Shown in pieces: positions 1-11,899 of a stretch of 63,167 nucleotides of DNA. Both the position numbers and the translations under genes were made by a program. The stretch spans positions 2,926,923 through 2,990,089 of the forward strand of contig NW_004797277.1 of NCBI RefSeq assembly GCF_000002075.1, read 5' to 3'. The stretch comes from Aplysia californica (taxonomy: Eukaryota). Numbering within the stretch: the first letter of the stretch is position 1; each line of letters begins with the position of its first letter. Under the pieces are notes generated by a model. The model was not told the origin of the DNA. It did not search any database and saw nothing but the letters and a program-made list of their open reading frames with translations.

Positions 1-974
1 ATTCTTGCCTCGATTCTCGGAGTCTAGGCTAGGAACCAGGCTTAAAAAAAAGGAGACGGGAGGCGTCGACCCTGGGCGGACTCGAAGCTTAGAGTCTGGG
101 AACAAGATCGATTCTTTGAGTCCTCATTTGGACTCGAAAGAATCGATCCCAGAGTCGATCTTGCCCTGGCCTAGTTTGAAGTAATATCAAACAAGTATGA
201 TTTTTGAAATCACACATTACAACTTGTCAACGAGCACCAAATGAAGCTGCTACCAGCCTGAGCTATCATAACCCATAAATGATTTTGCTTGGGGAAAAGG
301 TGTCTGTGAGAAAAATGTATGAGCCACACTAACACTCATTTAAATCACCACATGAGACGAATTTTGTTCATGGACAGCAAACGACCTCTGAAATGTAAAA
401 CTGCGTAACATGCATATTGAATAGAAAGTTTATTTCTCTTTTATGTTCATGTGCAACTTTGTCTATGTGAATTTTGAGATGTTTCATGTTGGCCTACTGT
501 CAAAAAGAAAACATTTTTTTAGATTCAAAAGTATTGTAAGCATTAATAGTTATAGAGGCAGTTGTTTGCAATATTTTTACTTCTTTGTTTATAAATTTGA
601 TTGTAAAAGAGGGCTAAGTGTTTTAAAGACACCTGGTGACTTTGTCATTCATTTTCCTTCATTTGATTTCTAGACAGATGTTTACAGCATTTTGCTTCTT
701 TTATTGTAAAATGATGGTCTAAAGGCCAATTGTTCAAGACAATTACTTGTACAAATAACCACCTCTCTCTTCCCTTTTGCATTTTTGAAAAAATACTATG
801 TCACTGTCCAAGAATCCACATGTCTACGAGAATTACATTTTTCCTCAACAATGAGTGGCTTTATTGGACAATTTTGAGTGTATATCATTCAAGTGCTGCT
901 AGTTTATTCTAAAAAGTAATGTGACTTGCACTGTCATTTTATGTTCCTTCTTGTGTTTTTTTTTTTCTCTACAG

Positions 975-1040
975 GGTGAAACTTTTGAGTGGCCTGAGAG
1001 GGTTCCCTTCAGACTGACCCCAAACATGACTGCAGCTCTG
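975..1040 (+). CDS. ATR: ATR kinase, internal exon (kinase domain; GETFEWPERVPFRLTPNMTAAL)
   Basis: Polypyrimidine-ACAG acceptor at 974, GTGAGT donor at 1041; PIKK motif PExVPFRLT; phase 0/0. Confidence 0.95.
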
Positions 1041-1395
1041 GTGAGTGACCCATGTCCATTTGCTGGGTTCTCTCCTTATATCCTTTTTCTTTGCCTTCAC
1101 CTACGTATTCATGTTCCAAATTAAATTTGCACTTTGTAATCCTTTTCATTGTTGTTCACGAGGAGTGAAATGTTTTATCGTTACGATGGAAATTTTAAAT
1201 AGGAGGAATTGATTTATATCCCAAAGCCTTTTTTGTTTGGGGGATTTTTTGTTTTGTTTTGTTTTGTTTTTTGGTAAGAAAATGTTGTGTTTCAAACTTT
1301 TATGTTTCAATCCTTGAAGAGTAATTTTTGTACCTATAGCAATACATCCATGTAGTCATTTTCTGCTCTTCTCAGTTTGTTTTTCAAAGTGTGTC

Positions 1396-1805
1396 TGTGG
1401 GTGGTGGCCGGGGTTTCTGGTGTGGTTTGCTGCTTCTCTCCTATCAAACATCTATCCTCCTTATCTCTTCTCCTTCTTTTTTGTGTTTATTACTCTCTTA
1501 TGACACCTCTGATCTTTGGCACTTATATTATATGATCAAACTGCTTTGCAAGTGCTGTAAAACTCTTACTAATACTCTCCTACTCCTCCTTTTTTGTGTT
1601 TGTTACTTTCTTGTAACACCTCTAATCTTTGGCACTTATTTGACCAAATTGTGTTGCAAATGCTGTAAAACTCTGATAATAATACTAATACTACTAATCT
1701 AATACTCTCCTCCTTTTTTGTGTTTATTACTCTCTTGGACACCTCTAATCTTCAGCGCTTATTTGACAAATTGTATTGCAAGTGCTCTAAAACACCTACT
1801 AAACC
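1396..1805 (+). mobile_element. ~180-nt SINE-like element followed by two tandem partial re-duplications of its 3' half
   Basis: Homologous to copies at 3589, 7912, 8510 and 11900; TTTTTGTGTTTRTTACTYTCTT motif repeated three times. Confidence 0.75.
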
Positions 1806-1838
1806 CCCGAAAAACTCTTGTGTGTTCACTGAGCTCAG

Positions 1839-1924
1839 GGGCCACTGGGCTATGAGGGCTTGTTCCGGCGGGCCTGTGAGATGACGCTGCAGGTGATCAG
1901 AGACCAGATGGATCCGCTGATGAG
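1839..1924 (+). CDS. ATR: ATR exon (GPLGYEGLFRRACEMTLQVIRDQMDPLMS)
   Basis: CAG acceptor, GTGAGA donor; matches ATR GxEGLFRRACE; ends phase 2, consistent with next exon. Confidence 0.95.
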
Positions 1925-1957
1925 GTGAGATTGTTGGGATGAGATTGGAGGCCACAT

Positions 1958-2377
1958 GGTGCAGTCAGGCACTCGTCAAAATGATGAGAGAGATAAAAGA
2001 TGTCGCCATTTTTCTGCCGGTCTGGCAATTTTAGTCGAATTTTTATTTTTTAGTTCAACATCTTTTATGTCCATATAAAGACACATTTATGGGTTGATTT
2101 TACTTTTTTTTTAAATGTTGATTAAAGGCACAAAAAAAGTACATGTTCAGTTTTCAAGGGCTCTGAAACTACGGAATTCACCAAACTTTGGCAGCCATTT
2201 TCTTGCCAATTTTTCCTCTAAAACCAGGCAAACCCCACCTCATCTATTGCGAATATCTCGACTTTTATTCAAAATAGATGGGGGTTTTTTTTCATCAGAA
2301 GATAGACAAATAAACAAGCTTTAAGATGATACCAATAACTGCACTCGCTCAAAGACTGATGAGCGCCTGATCCCACC
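1958..2377. mobile_element. ~400-bp MITE, TIR approximately GGTGGAATCAGGCTCTCGTCAAA
   Basis: Inverted termini; related copies at ~6965-7355, ~10633-11041 and ~15834-16226. Confidence 0.8.
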
Positions 2378-2519
2378 ATGTCTTGACACAAATGATAACT
2401 GCTGGCTTGGTGTATAGAAGCCCCCTGTAACACAATTTGGATCATTTATGAGCTGGGTTGCTTCAACCCGGGATGAGTGGGATACAGCGTCCCAGCAGAC
2501 GGATAGGGATGCTGATTAA

Positions 2520-2759
2520 CCCTATCCGTACGCCTTGAGGTCATTTTGTACACCCGGGGTTGTATTCTTCACATTTTAGAATACTTCTAGTGTGAAGATC
2601 TCTTTGAAACTTTCAGTATTTCAAAGAAAATCATTTTGACAGACTGCTAGGCAAAGCGTACAGATCGGATTAACGAGTAAATTTCCTATTTGGAAAGTAG
2701 TGGCACAGAGTTCCCCACGTCGTATGGATACAATAGTAAAACACGACGTAGGGATAGAG
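2520..2759. mobile_element. 240-bp piggyBac-type MITE
   Basis: TTAA on both flanks, CCCTATCC...GGATAGAG termini; copies at 18593-18832 and 28215-28454. Confidence 0.88.
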
Positions 2760-2856
2760 TTAACAAAAAAATTCGCTCACATAGAGAGAGAGCATCTAAA
2801 TCTAAGCAGAGAAATGAGGTCACTGGTGTCTGTTTCAGATGTGGCACAAAAACTAC

Positions 2857-3100
2857 CGTAAGCTGACAAAATGCCTGTTTAAAAAATTCACAGCAACTTT
2901 GAGAAAAAGATGGGTTTTTTTGTCAACGTAACTGTTGAAAAATAGAGTACATCTGAAACTTGAATTCTAATTTATTAAAAAACTAATGACAGTTTCACTT
3001 CGATTGTTTTCACAAAAGTAGGGTAACTAGTCAGGCGTTCGATTAAGCGAATAAACATTTTTGGAGCCAAAATACAAAAAGGCGTATTGTCAGCTTACGG
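2857..3100. mobile_element. MITE with TIR CCGTAAGCTGACAA
   Basis: Inverted termini ccgtaagctgacaa / ttgtcagcttacgg; related partial copy at ~25313-25530. Confidence 0.75.
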
Positions 3101-3123
3101 CCGTAAAGAGGATGTTAATCCAT

Positions 3124-3392
3124 ACAGTCAAAAGTGTTCATCATTGAGTAGAAAAGTGGTTGTCTTAAAACAGGTGAAAGTCTTGGATAGTGTCATTTCA
3201 TGTAGAAAAAACGCGGGGGGGGGGGGGGGGGGGGGTNNNNNNNNNNNNNNNNNNNNNNNNNNNNNNNNNNNNNNNNNNNNNNNNNNNNNNNNNNNNNNNN
3301 NNNNNNNNNNNNNNNNNNNNNNNNNNNNNNNNNNNNGGTTGTTTGTACAGATGATTGTTTTGGAAAAGTGGCTGTTAGAGGAGGTCCAACTG
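3124..3392. mobile_element. Tc1/mariner (Tigger-like) MITE, gapped
   Basis: TACAGT start and ACTGT end; internal GGTTGTCTTARACAGGT motifs shared with 11830-12170 and 53603-53800. Confidence 0.65.
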
Positions 3393-3422
3393 TTCTCTAT
3401 GTTTTGTTTTGTGTGATCTTAG

Positions 3423-3525
3423 CGTCCTGAGGCCATTCATCTACGACCCCTTGGTGGAGTGGAGCAAGCCAGTCAAAGGTCAAAGGTCGAACGCCTCAGA
3501 TTCTGGGGAAATCAACAATGAGCAG
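3423..3525 (+). CDS. ATR: ATR exon (VLRPFIYDPLVEWSKPVKGQRSNASDSGEINNEQ)
   Basis: TAG acceptor, GTACGT donor; DPLVEW motif at end of kinase domain. Confidence 0.95.
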
Positions 3526-3588
3526 GTACGTACTCTTCTTTCTTTCTGTTTTTGTTTTAAATTGTGTTTGTGGGTGGATGGTGGGTGC

Positions 3589-3735
3589 CCTGGTGTGGTT
3601 TGCTTCTTCTTTCCTATCAAACATCTATCGTTTAATCTCCCCTCCTTCTTTTATGTGTTTGTTACTCTCTTGTAACACCTCTAATCTCTGGCACTTTTAT
3701 GACCTTATTGTGTTACAATTGCCATAAAACACTAA
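3589..3735 (+). mobile_element. ~180-nt SINE-like element
   Basis: Family match GTGGGTGG...TCCTATCAAACATCTATCG...TAAAAC. Confidence 0.75.
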
Positions 3736-4344
3736 TACAAAACAAAAAATTATGTTTATCTTTAAGTAAAGTATTTTTGGTCTATGGCCATTGCAATACA
3801 AACTGTTCATAATATTAGTATCAAAGATTAGTTGGTCCTATTTGACAGTAGGCCTACTTCCCCTTTGTTTGGATCAATCCTTTCTTTGGAGCCTGCAGCA
3901 AAGTGTAATCTCAAAACACTTGGACATAGACTCATCGAGAACTTCAATTGTTGCAAATACTGGTTTTGGAGTTTCCTACTATCTGCGATAAGGCTGCTGT
4001 CAAAATGAACATTAATGTGTATTGCTGTTGATTTTTTAATCTATCTTCATATTGGAATTCTATTTTATGAAAGTAGGATGTAATTTGAATATTATGCATA
4101 TATACATGTGTTTTCACCAACCCTGTAAAGTTACCAAAAATGTCATTTGAATACCTCAATTTTGCTGTTTTTTTGCATTTTTGAACAAAGTGGGTATAGA
4201 CCCTTCTGGCTCCAAGCCATTCTAAAAGATTAGAACAGATTTTTTATTATGAGTTGATAAGAAATATGTTTCTTTCATCGAATTCTTTAATGTCTCACTG
4301 ACAGTTGTTCAAGAGTTTGGTTTTTGCTGTGTTATTTCCCCCAG

Positions 4345-4458
4345 GCTTTGAACCACGTCCAGAACATTGAGGACAGAATGCGAGGCATCCTGAAGACAAA
4401 GGCCAAACCTCGCTGTCTTCCCCTCTCCATCAAGGGACACGTCAACTATTTGATTCAG
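4345..4458 (+). CDS. ATR: ATR exon (ALNHVQNIEDRMRGILKTKAKPRCLPLSIKGHVNYLIQ; PRD/FATC)
   Basis: CCAG acceptor, GTAAAT donor; LPLSIxGHVxYLI start of FATC domain. Confidence 0.95.
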
Positions 4459-4557
4459 GTAAATGTTTGACTCAGGTAACTCTTATGGAAGACTACATTA
4501 TTTGTTTGATCCATGTAGTTCTGACCGAAGGCTTCATCAACTGTTTGATTCTATTGA

Positions 4558-4917
4558 AAGAACTGTTTCATTCGGATAATGTTTGATTTTGGGAAGAACT
4601 TTCTTTCAGATAATGTTTGATTTTGGGAAGAACTGTTTCTTTCAGATAATGTTTGATTTTGGGAAGAACTGTTTCTTTCAGATAATGTTTGATTTTGGGA
4701 AGAACTGTTTCGTTCAGATAATGTTTGATTTTGGGAAGAACTGTTTCGTTCAGATAATGTTTGATTTTGGGAAGAACTGTTTCATTCAGACAATGTTTGA
4801 TTCATTCAGATAATGTTTGATTTCGGGAAGAACTGTTTCGTTCGGATAATGTTTGATTTCGGGAAGAACTGTTTCATTCGGATAATGTTTGATTTCGGGA
4901 AGAACTGTTTCATTCAG
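4558..4917. repeat. 36-bp intronic minisatellite (GATAATGTTTGATTTTGGGAAGAACTGTTTCDTTCA), about 9-10 copies
   Basis: Direct tandem repeats visible; produce spurious repetitive ORF 4583-4813. Confidence 0.95.
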
Positions 4918-5057
4918 GGAAGTGTTAGAATATAGATACCGGTAACCATATGATTCAGAGAAGTGTTAGGTATAAATCTATATAATAACCTTTTGGTTCA
5001 GGCACCTCCGAAGTCAAATAATAAACCAGAGTGAGTTTTGTCACCACTAGGGGACAT

Positions 5058-5295
5058 TTGTGAAGCGTGCAGACAAAAAGAGTTACTTCTCGGATTCAGG
5101 CCTTAAGGAAATAGATACATCACACTTATAGGTGAAGTTTTTACAATTTATAGGTATGAAATATAAGGAGTGTTATACTTAAAGAATATGGCATTTATAG
5201 AAAATTTACAAATTTGACCCTATAGTGTCAATTTTTGGTCAATATCTCTATTTGTGGACTGCGAGAAGTAACTCATTTTGTCAGCACGCCTCACA
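5058..5295. mobile_element. MITE with TIR TGTGAGGCGTGCTGACAAAATGAGTTACTTCTC
   Basis: Inverted termini; reversed copy at ~8232-8485. Confidence 0.8.
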
Positions 5296-5900
5296 TTTGT
5301 TTCACAGATTCACAGCAATAGTGCTGTACATTAACCGGAAGTACTAATTTTACGAATATATCTGGATTTCTAAAATTGTCAGCACTTTGCCTGACTTTGT
5401 GCCTATTATAAAAGAATAGTCTTGATGCAAGATGCATGAGAGAATGTAATCCGTAAATTTGAAGTCCACGTGTGTATCCATAGAGTATGTGATCAGAAAA
5501 ATTCATAATTTTTTCACATTGCCAGTTTACACCTCTGATACACTAATATTGTATCCCAAATTTTTCCAAAGGGTGTCACTTGAGGCAACCCATTGTCAAG
5601 AGAAAAATGGACTAGTGGATGTCTTTAACAGTGACATTATAATATTATATAATTTTAGAAAAGAAAAAAAAAAAAGAGAGAAAAATGAGAAGTGATCGTT
5701 TGCACAGGCGCCCATCAAAGGTTCAAATGTAGTTAAAACATTATAGGACGTTCTGAGCCATGGTACAGGCACAATTCGTGTAATTTTAAAAACTGTTTCT
5801 ACCATTGACGATGTCTGTCTCTGCTGCTTCTGTCTGACCGAATGATGAACACACACAATAACAGCCGTCTCCTTTTCTTCTCTCCCTTTGTTCCATTCAG

Positions 5901-5960
5901 GAGGCCACGGATGAGAAAAACCTGTGCCAGATGTACATTGGCTGGGCTGCCTACATGTGA
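5901..5960 (+). CDS. ATR: ATR terminal coding exon (EATDEKNLCQMYIGWAAYM*)
   Basis: TTCAG acceptor; characteristic ATR FATC end; TGA at 5958-5960. Confidence 0.96.
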   Translation, partial: EATDEKNLCQMYIGWAAYM

Positions 5961-6632
5961 TGGCTTGCCTCTTCAGCTGCTTGTCTCCCACTGGGGGGTG
6001 GGTGGAAAAGTGTGTGTGTGCGGGAGGNNNNNNNNNNNNNNNNNNNNNNNNNNNNNNNNNNNNNNNNNNNNNNNNNNNNNNNNNNNNNNNNNNNNNNNNN
6101 NNNNNNNNNNNNNNNNNNNNNNNNNNNGAAATATTCGATTTGTGGGGTTGTGTTTTGTAGGGGGGGGAGGTTGTCTTTCTTGTGTCCTTTTTTCCGGAGC
6201 CATTGCTCAAATAGCAGAACAGAAAGCACCGTATGTGCCATTATACTGGAGTCTTGGGTCTGATGTGTACGTGTGTAGCATCAGGTATGTTCAGATCTTT
6301 TTTTATGCGTACAAATTTTGTTTGTAAAAAGCATGTACATCAAGTTCATTTCACACCTTTTTGGTCATATAACACAATGACAGTTTCTAGTTGTCTAAGA
6401 TGAAAATGCCTGTAATTAAAGATCCAACTTTTTAGATATTTTCTCTCTTGCTCGAATTATAAGGTACGCTTAGGTAAGCTGTTTTTTTAGGGTTTTTTTT
6501 TTTAAAGCAATTGTATTATGACCATTGCAATTCGCCATTACAATATGTTGAGCATGAATATGTTGTATGTGAAATAATTAGTTTTTTTAATGTATCAAAG
6601 CATAAATACGATCAATTGTTATCTGAATTTGA

Positions 6633-6638
6633 AATAAA
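6633..6638 (+). terminator. Candidate ATR polyadenylation signal AATAAA
   Basis: First AATAAA I found after the stop, with T-rich sequence downstream. Confidence 0.45.
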
Positions 6639-6753
6639 ACACAAAACGCAAAGAAACTGAGTTTATCTTGTTTAATAATAATTAATATAAATCTGAAAAT
6701 AATTTAGCAATGGAATGATACAGATATTTATAGCAGCAATGCATTATGTATGG

Positions 6754-6809
<56 letters not shown>

Positions 6810-6964
6810 ATTTGTAGCTCTGTGTGTTCATTAACCTCACTGCAGTTGGTCTGAATGAATTTCTATATCAGTCTTGTTTATTGTGTTTTGGCATTTTTAT
6901 GAATTGCCTGTATTTGTATACAGTAAAACTGACTGAAAGTAGATAAAGAAATGTGAGGCAGCGT

Positions 6965-7355
6965 GATGGAATCAGGCTCTCGTCAAAATAATCAAATTGA
7001 AGAAACTTGCAGGTTTGTGAATTTCAATCCTGTTCTTTGTGTTTGGCTCAACACCTTTCATGCCCATTAAAGAACTCGTTTCTGTGTTGATTTTTCTGGT
7101 AAAACTGATTAAAAGAACAAAAAAAGTAAATCTTCAGTTACCACGGACTCATAAGCTAAGGAAATGGCCAAACTTTGGCGGCCATTTTCTCACTGATTTT
7201 ACCTCTGAAAACAGGTGACCCCCACCTCCTTCTTTCGCAAATATCTCGACATGTATTCAAGATAAATGGATATTTTTTATCCAAATAAAGACAAATGAAC
7301 AGATGATACCAATAACTCTACATGCCCAAAATTTGACGAGAGCCTGATTCCACCA
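6965..7355. mobile_element. ~400-bp MITE (same family as 1958-2377)
   Basis: ggaatcaggctctcgtcaaa ... tttgacgagagcctgattcc perfect inverted repeat. Confidence 0.85.
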
Positions 7356-7911
7356 CCCTGCCTCACAAATAGTGTGTTTACATGTACTATAAACGCTGAG
7401 GAAACTATACCGGCAAAATAAGTTGTCACCCCGCCCCCCCCCCGGAGCGGTGCCCCTAACTGAAATGTCTTTAGGGCATTCCCATAGAGGGGATTTTAAC
7501 CTTTACTTATGCACAGTAGAATTGTAAATGGGCTGATTCATCAATGCCATCCTCATACTGTGTCTGAACTGCAACAGAGAACTGCTACTTTAATCCTTAC
7601 TATTGTTATTTTTCCTCTACTTCTTTTATATGTTTGTCACTTTCTTGTGACCCTCTATTTCCAGGGTGCCTTGAAGTCGAAGCAGACCTTGTGCTGTTGA
7701 AGCTAGAGAGGTGAACAGAGTAAGCCCGATTCCCTGTAAATACTTCTCTGTTGACATCCACCCCTTGGCGCTCATGTGACCTTAATAAATCATTATGCAG
7801 TTGCGAGCGCCGTTAAACCCCTACTATAACTTTTTTTAAAAATAGTTGCCACGACTGTGTGTGACTCAAGTGATCTGACCGGTGCTATGAGGGTAATTTT
7901 CTGCTTTGTTT

Positions 7912-8082
7912 TAGTAGAGGTTTTACGGCGCTCGCAACTGCATAAGGCCATATGAGTGCCAGGAGATCAGAGGTGTTACAAGAGAGTAACAAACATAAAA
8001 AAGGAGGAGGGGAGATAAGGACGATATATGTTTGATAGGAAAGAAGAAGCAATTAACACCAGAGCACCAGCCAACCACCCAC
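7912..8082 (-). mobile_element. ~180-nt SINE-like element
   Basis: Near-identical to 11900-12079. Confidence 0.8.
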
Positions 8083-8231
8083 ATATTGTGTTTGGTAGCG
8101 CTGTCAGAAAGAAAAGCAGTGTTCCAATGTTTGCTAAGTATGTGTTCGGGTTTAACTATAGGGTTATCTATGAGACCAATTTTGTTTCTTTTAATTAGCG
8201 TCCAAACGGCACTTGCAATATAACACATTAT

Positions 8232-8485
8232 TGTGAGGTGTGCTGACAAAATGAGTTAGTTCTCGCAATCCACAAATTAAGGTATTAGCCAAAAATCGAC
8301 ACAAGGGTCAAATTTGTAGAATTCTATTGATGCCATTATTCTTTAACTAAAACCTGTCTTTTATTATTTCGTACTTATCAATTGTAACAAGTAACAGTTT
8401 CACCTATAAGCTTGATGTATCTATTTCATTATGGCTTGAAGCTGAGGAGAAAAAAAACAACCTCAGTTTGTCCGCATGCTTCACA
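8232..8485. mobile_element. MITE (family of 5058-5295)
   Basis: Same TIR, reversed internal sequence. Confidence 0.75.
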
Positions 8486-9431
8486 ATTAGATCAGATACA
8501 TGCCAGCCAGCAATAAGAAGTGTTGTAAGAGAATAACAAAGGCAAAAGAAGAATGAGGTGAGACAGAACGATAGCACCGGGTTTGGTTGTTGTTTTTTAA
8601 TAGTAAGTTTTCACGGCGCTCACAACTGCATAAGATCATATGAGCGCCAAGCTTGGGGAGAAAGACGTAGCTAAAGACTCCTCCAGAGCACCCACCAACC
8701 ATCCACTTTCCGACTATTATTGGCAACTGCGCCGACGTGTTGTCTTTAGATAAGTAGCAAAACAGACGCCTGGGGTTGGATAATATTTTGCCCTTGGTGT
8801 GAGTGGGTACAGCAAACACTGGAATCGTTTTATCCTTAATCGTTATTATTCTTGAAAAAATTGTTTTCTAGCCAAAAAGAGGTTAAAAATCATGTTTTTT
8901 CGCTGGCATATTAGAAACATCTCCAAATGAGATGGAAAAATTTCAGTCGCGCTTCGGCGTAATTTCGTGAATAGAATATACAGTGTAGCTATTATTACTT
9001 ACTTTTGTTTTTGGGTGAAGGGTGCAATAAAGTGTAAACGTGTTAGGGGTTGTAAAAGGTAAAAGATGTGGTATCCACCACTGCCAAGGAAATGAACTTT
9101 GGGGGGGGGGGGGGTATAAAGTAAATATACTGAATGTGCGGCGCGTGTATCAGGAATCGACGTGGTGAGTGAGTGAGTGAGGNNNNNNNNNNNNNNNNNN
9201 NNNNNNNNNNNNNNNNNNNNNNNNNNNNNNNNNNNNNNNNNNNNNNNNNNNNNNNNNNNNNNNNNNNNNNNNNNNNNNNNNNNNNNNNNNNNNNNNNNNN
9301 NNNNNNNNNNNNNNNNNNNNNNNNNNNNNNNNNNNNNNNNNNNNNNNNNNNNNNNNNNNNNNNNNNNNNNNNNNNNNNNNNNNNNNNNNNNNNNNNNNNN
9401 NNNNNNNNNNNNNNNNNTTTTTTTTCCCATG

Positions 9432-9636
9432 CCCCCATCGACACAATTTGGATCATGAGAGAGACGGGCTTGGACCCCAACTATCACTGTCACAGCCAAC
9501 CTGGGCTTAGCAGAGGGATACAATGAATGCTCCAGCAGAAAGACCGAGATACTTGATAAAAAGTCTCCCCATTCAGGAATTGAACTTGGGTCTTCTGCAT
9601 GTCATGGCAAAGTGCCTAACCGCTACACCACAGACT
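9432..9636 (-). mobile_element. tRNA-derived SINE
   Basis: Minus strand has GGTGTAGCGGTTAGG (A box) and GTTCAATTCC (B box); related to 49025-49195 and 62483-62655. Confidence 0.75.
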
Positions 9637-9835
9637 CAAGTAGGATAGGTTTTGCTGCAGATTGTTAAGATGGTGGCCGAATTTCACCACTGACAGATCG
9701 CGATGGTGGTAACATAAACTTTTTAAGTAAGGCACTATTTAGTCAAATTAATTTGAAAATTATTATTAATTTAGCAATTCACAAATGGCATGTGGCATGA
9801 TAAGAAAGGTTATGAGTTGCCAAACAAATGGTGTA

Positions 9836-10623
9836 CAGTCCGTGCCGGTTTTAAGCACGCCGGCTTAAAGCACGTTTCGGACTCAAGCACGCTAAACGGC
9901 TCTTACCAAATTTTTGCTATATAAATTACACGCCTTTAAGCACGGTAACTTCGGCTTCAAGCACGCTTCATTTACAAGACAGTCAATATTTTCATGTGAC
10001 CCATCGAAGTTCGAACACAGTCTACACCGCAGCAGTGGGGTGTGTCAAGAGAAACACAAAGAACGCAAGTGATGGATATACACACACTCACACGGGTGGA
10101 GAGGAAGGCAGAGAGATGCACACAGCCGCGCGCGCGGACATAGGATGTAGCCTAGGCCTAGGGCAAAGCTACACACGACCAAAAAAAATACAAAGAGTCG
10201 GGGAGACGAGAAAGGAAGGCTGGCTGCAATTTCACCTTTGACCCTCCCTATCCTTTAATCCTGATTGTGTATCACGCACGAGGTGGGATGAAGGCGGTGG
10301 TATGAGTGGCACAGCGGGCAGTGGTATGCACAGGCAGTGTGTAGGCCTAGTGTGCTGTATCATGACTGGCCGTCTAAATTAAGTTTTTATTTCCCATTCG
10401 ACCACAAAACAAAAACAAACAAGCGAACGATGGCGGGTGTCTAAATAACAGAGCACACTTTTGCAGGACCGCTATAGGCCTACTTACAAACAAAGGGAAA
10501 TAGCACGGGAAATTTTCTACATGAAAATCTCTGGATTATGTCTACTTCGCACTCAAGCACGCTTCGGCTTTAAGCACGCTTAAGCTTTCTCCCGACGACC
10601 GTGCTTAAAGCCGGCATGGACTG
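9836..10623. mobile_element. Tc1/mariner-type non-autonomous element (788 bp)
   Basis: TA on both flanks; TIR CAGTCCRTGCCGGYTTTAAGCACG; many subterminal AAGCACG repeats. Confidence 0.92.
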
Positions 10624-11191
10624 TATCATAGCAGTGAAATTAGGTGCTCATCAAAATAATGAGCCTGAAGAAAACATTTTTCCGCCTGTCAGGCAATTTC
10701 TAACTTTATATTTTTGGCTCAACACCTTTTATGTCCCTTCAAATATACATTTCTTTGTGGATTTTTTTGAAAAACATTAATCAAGGACATTAAAAAAGTA
10801 AATTTGCAGTTTTCAAGGACACCCAAGCTTTGGAACTCACCAAACCTTGTAGACCAATTTCTCACTAATTGTACCTCCCACACTCGGTGACCCCCCATCT
10901 CCTTGCAAATACTTGACTTCTATTCAAAATAGATGGGAACTTTTTTCACCAAAGCCAAAAGCAAGACATACATGTGAAAAAGCTTTTACATGACACTGAT
11001 AACTCCATGTGCCCAGAAATTGACGAGCACTAGATTCCACCGAGCTGCGACACAAACGGTGCATGGCACGATGTGAAAGGTCACGAGAGCCACCGTAGTA
11101 TATTTCCAGAATTTTGAAAAGAAGTGGCAGTGCAGACCACCCCCTTAACTCCAACAACCCGCATACAAACAAGTGAGAGTGAGAGCTTTAC

Positions 11192-11281
11192 CTTGCGGAG
11201 GAGACTGGCGGTTTTCTCTTGGCGTTGGCGGCTGTGGCAGAGGAAGAGGCTGTGGGCTGGGCCTGAGCACCTTGGACTTTT
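11192..11281 (-). CDS. TPGS2: TPGS2 exon 8 (K-KVQGAQAQPTASSSATAANAKRKPPVSSAR, low-complexity tail)
   Basis: TACAG acceptor, GTAAAG donor; open frame in the phase set by exon 7. Confidence 0.7.
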
Positions 11282-11655
11282 CTGTACAAACAAACAACAA
11301 CAATATATATATATTATATCAAAACATCTTTTTCGGTAGATCTGCTTGATGGGAAAAAGTTTTTGTTTTAGACAGGCAGACATCTTGGACAATGTCATTA
11401 TAATATTTAAAAATGCAAGGGTGGGAAGTGGTTAATTGTATATCTGTGACTGTCTTGAATAAATAGCCTTTACAGTAGGTTTGACAAAATTTTGTTTATT
11501 ATATAAGCAAAACCCTCTGCTTCAACTTCGGACATAATATTCTATTTCTGCACTAACATTTTGTATAAGAGCCTTTTCTTTACAAATTTGTTTGCAAATC
11601 ATTTCTAATCCTGTAAGGTTGATGCAACAAATCTTAACGCTGTTTTTGTACGTAC

Positions 11656-11801
11656 TTGCGGTCACTTTTCCCCTTGAAGATCTTGTTGAGATCCAGGGGA
11701 GAGGAGGCGACTTTGACCACATGGTCAGTGTGAAGGCTGTGGTCAACTGTACCCTCCTCGTCCACTTCCAGTCGGATCGGGGCAAACATGTTGAACCATT
11801 G
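11656..11801 (-). CDS. TPGS2: TPGS2 exon 7 (QWFNMFAPIRLEV...LDLNKIFKGKSDR)
   Basis: Matches TPGS2 QWFxMxxPI...LDxxKxFKxK; CAG/GTACGT splice sites. Confidence 0.92.
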
Positions 11802-11899
11802 CTGGATTGGCAGAGACAAATATAATTGTGATTATAATTGAAACTCTCCAAGACAGCCTCTCGTTATTGAGGAGAAAAACGGTTGTCTTAGACAGGTGA

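Noticed and set aside
4583-4813. ORF with 12-aa repeats FQIMFDFGKNCF; also superficially CRISPR-like 36-bp periodicity
   Set aside because: Head-to-tail intronic minisatellite with no unique spacers, in a eukaryotic intron.
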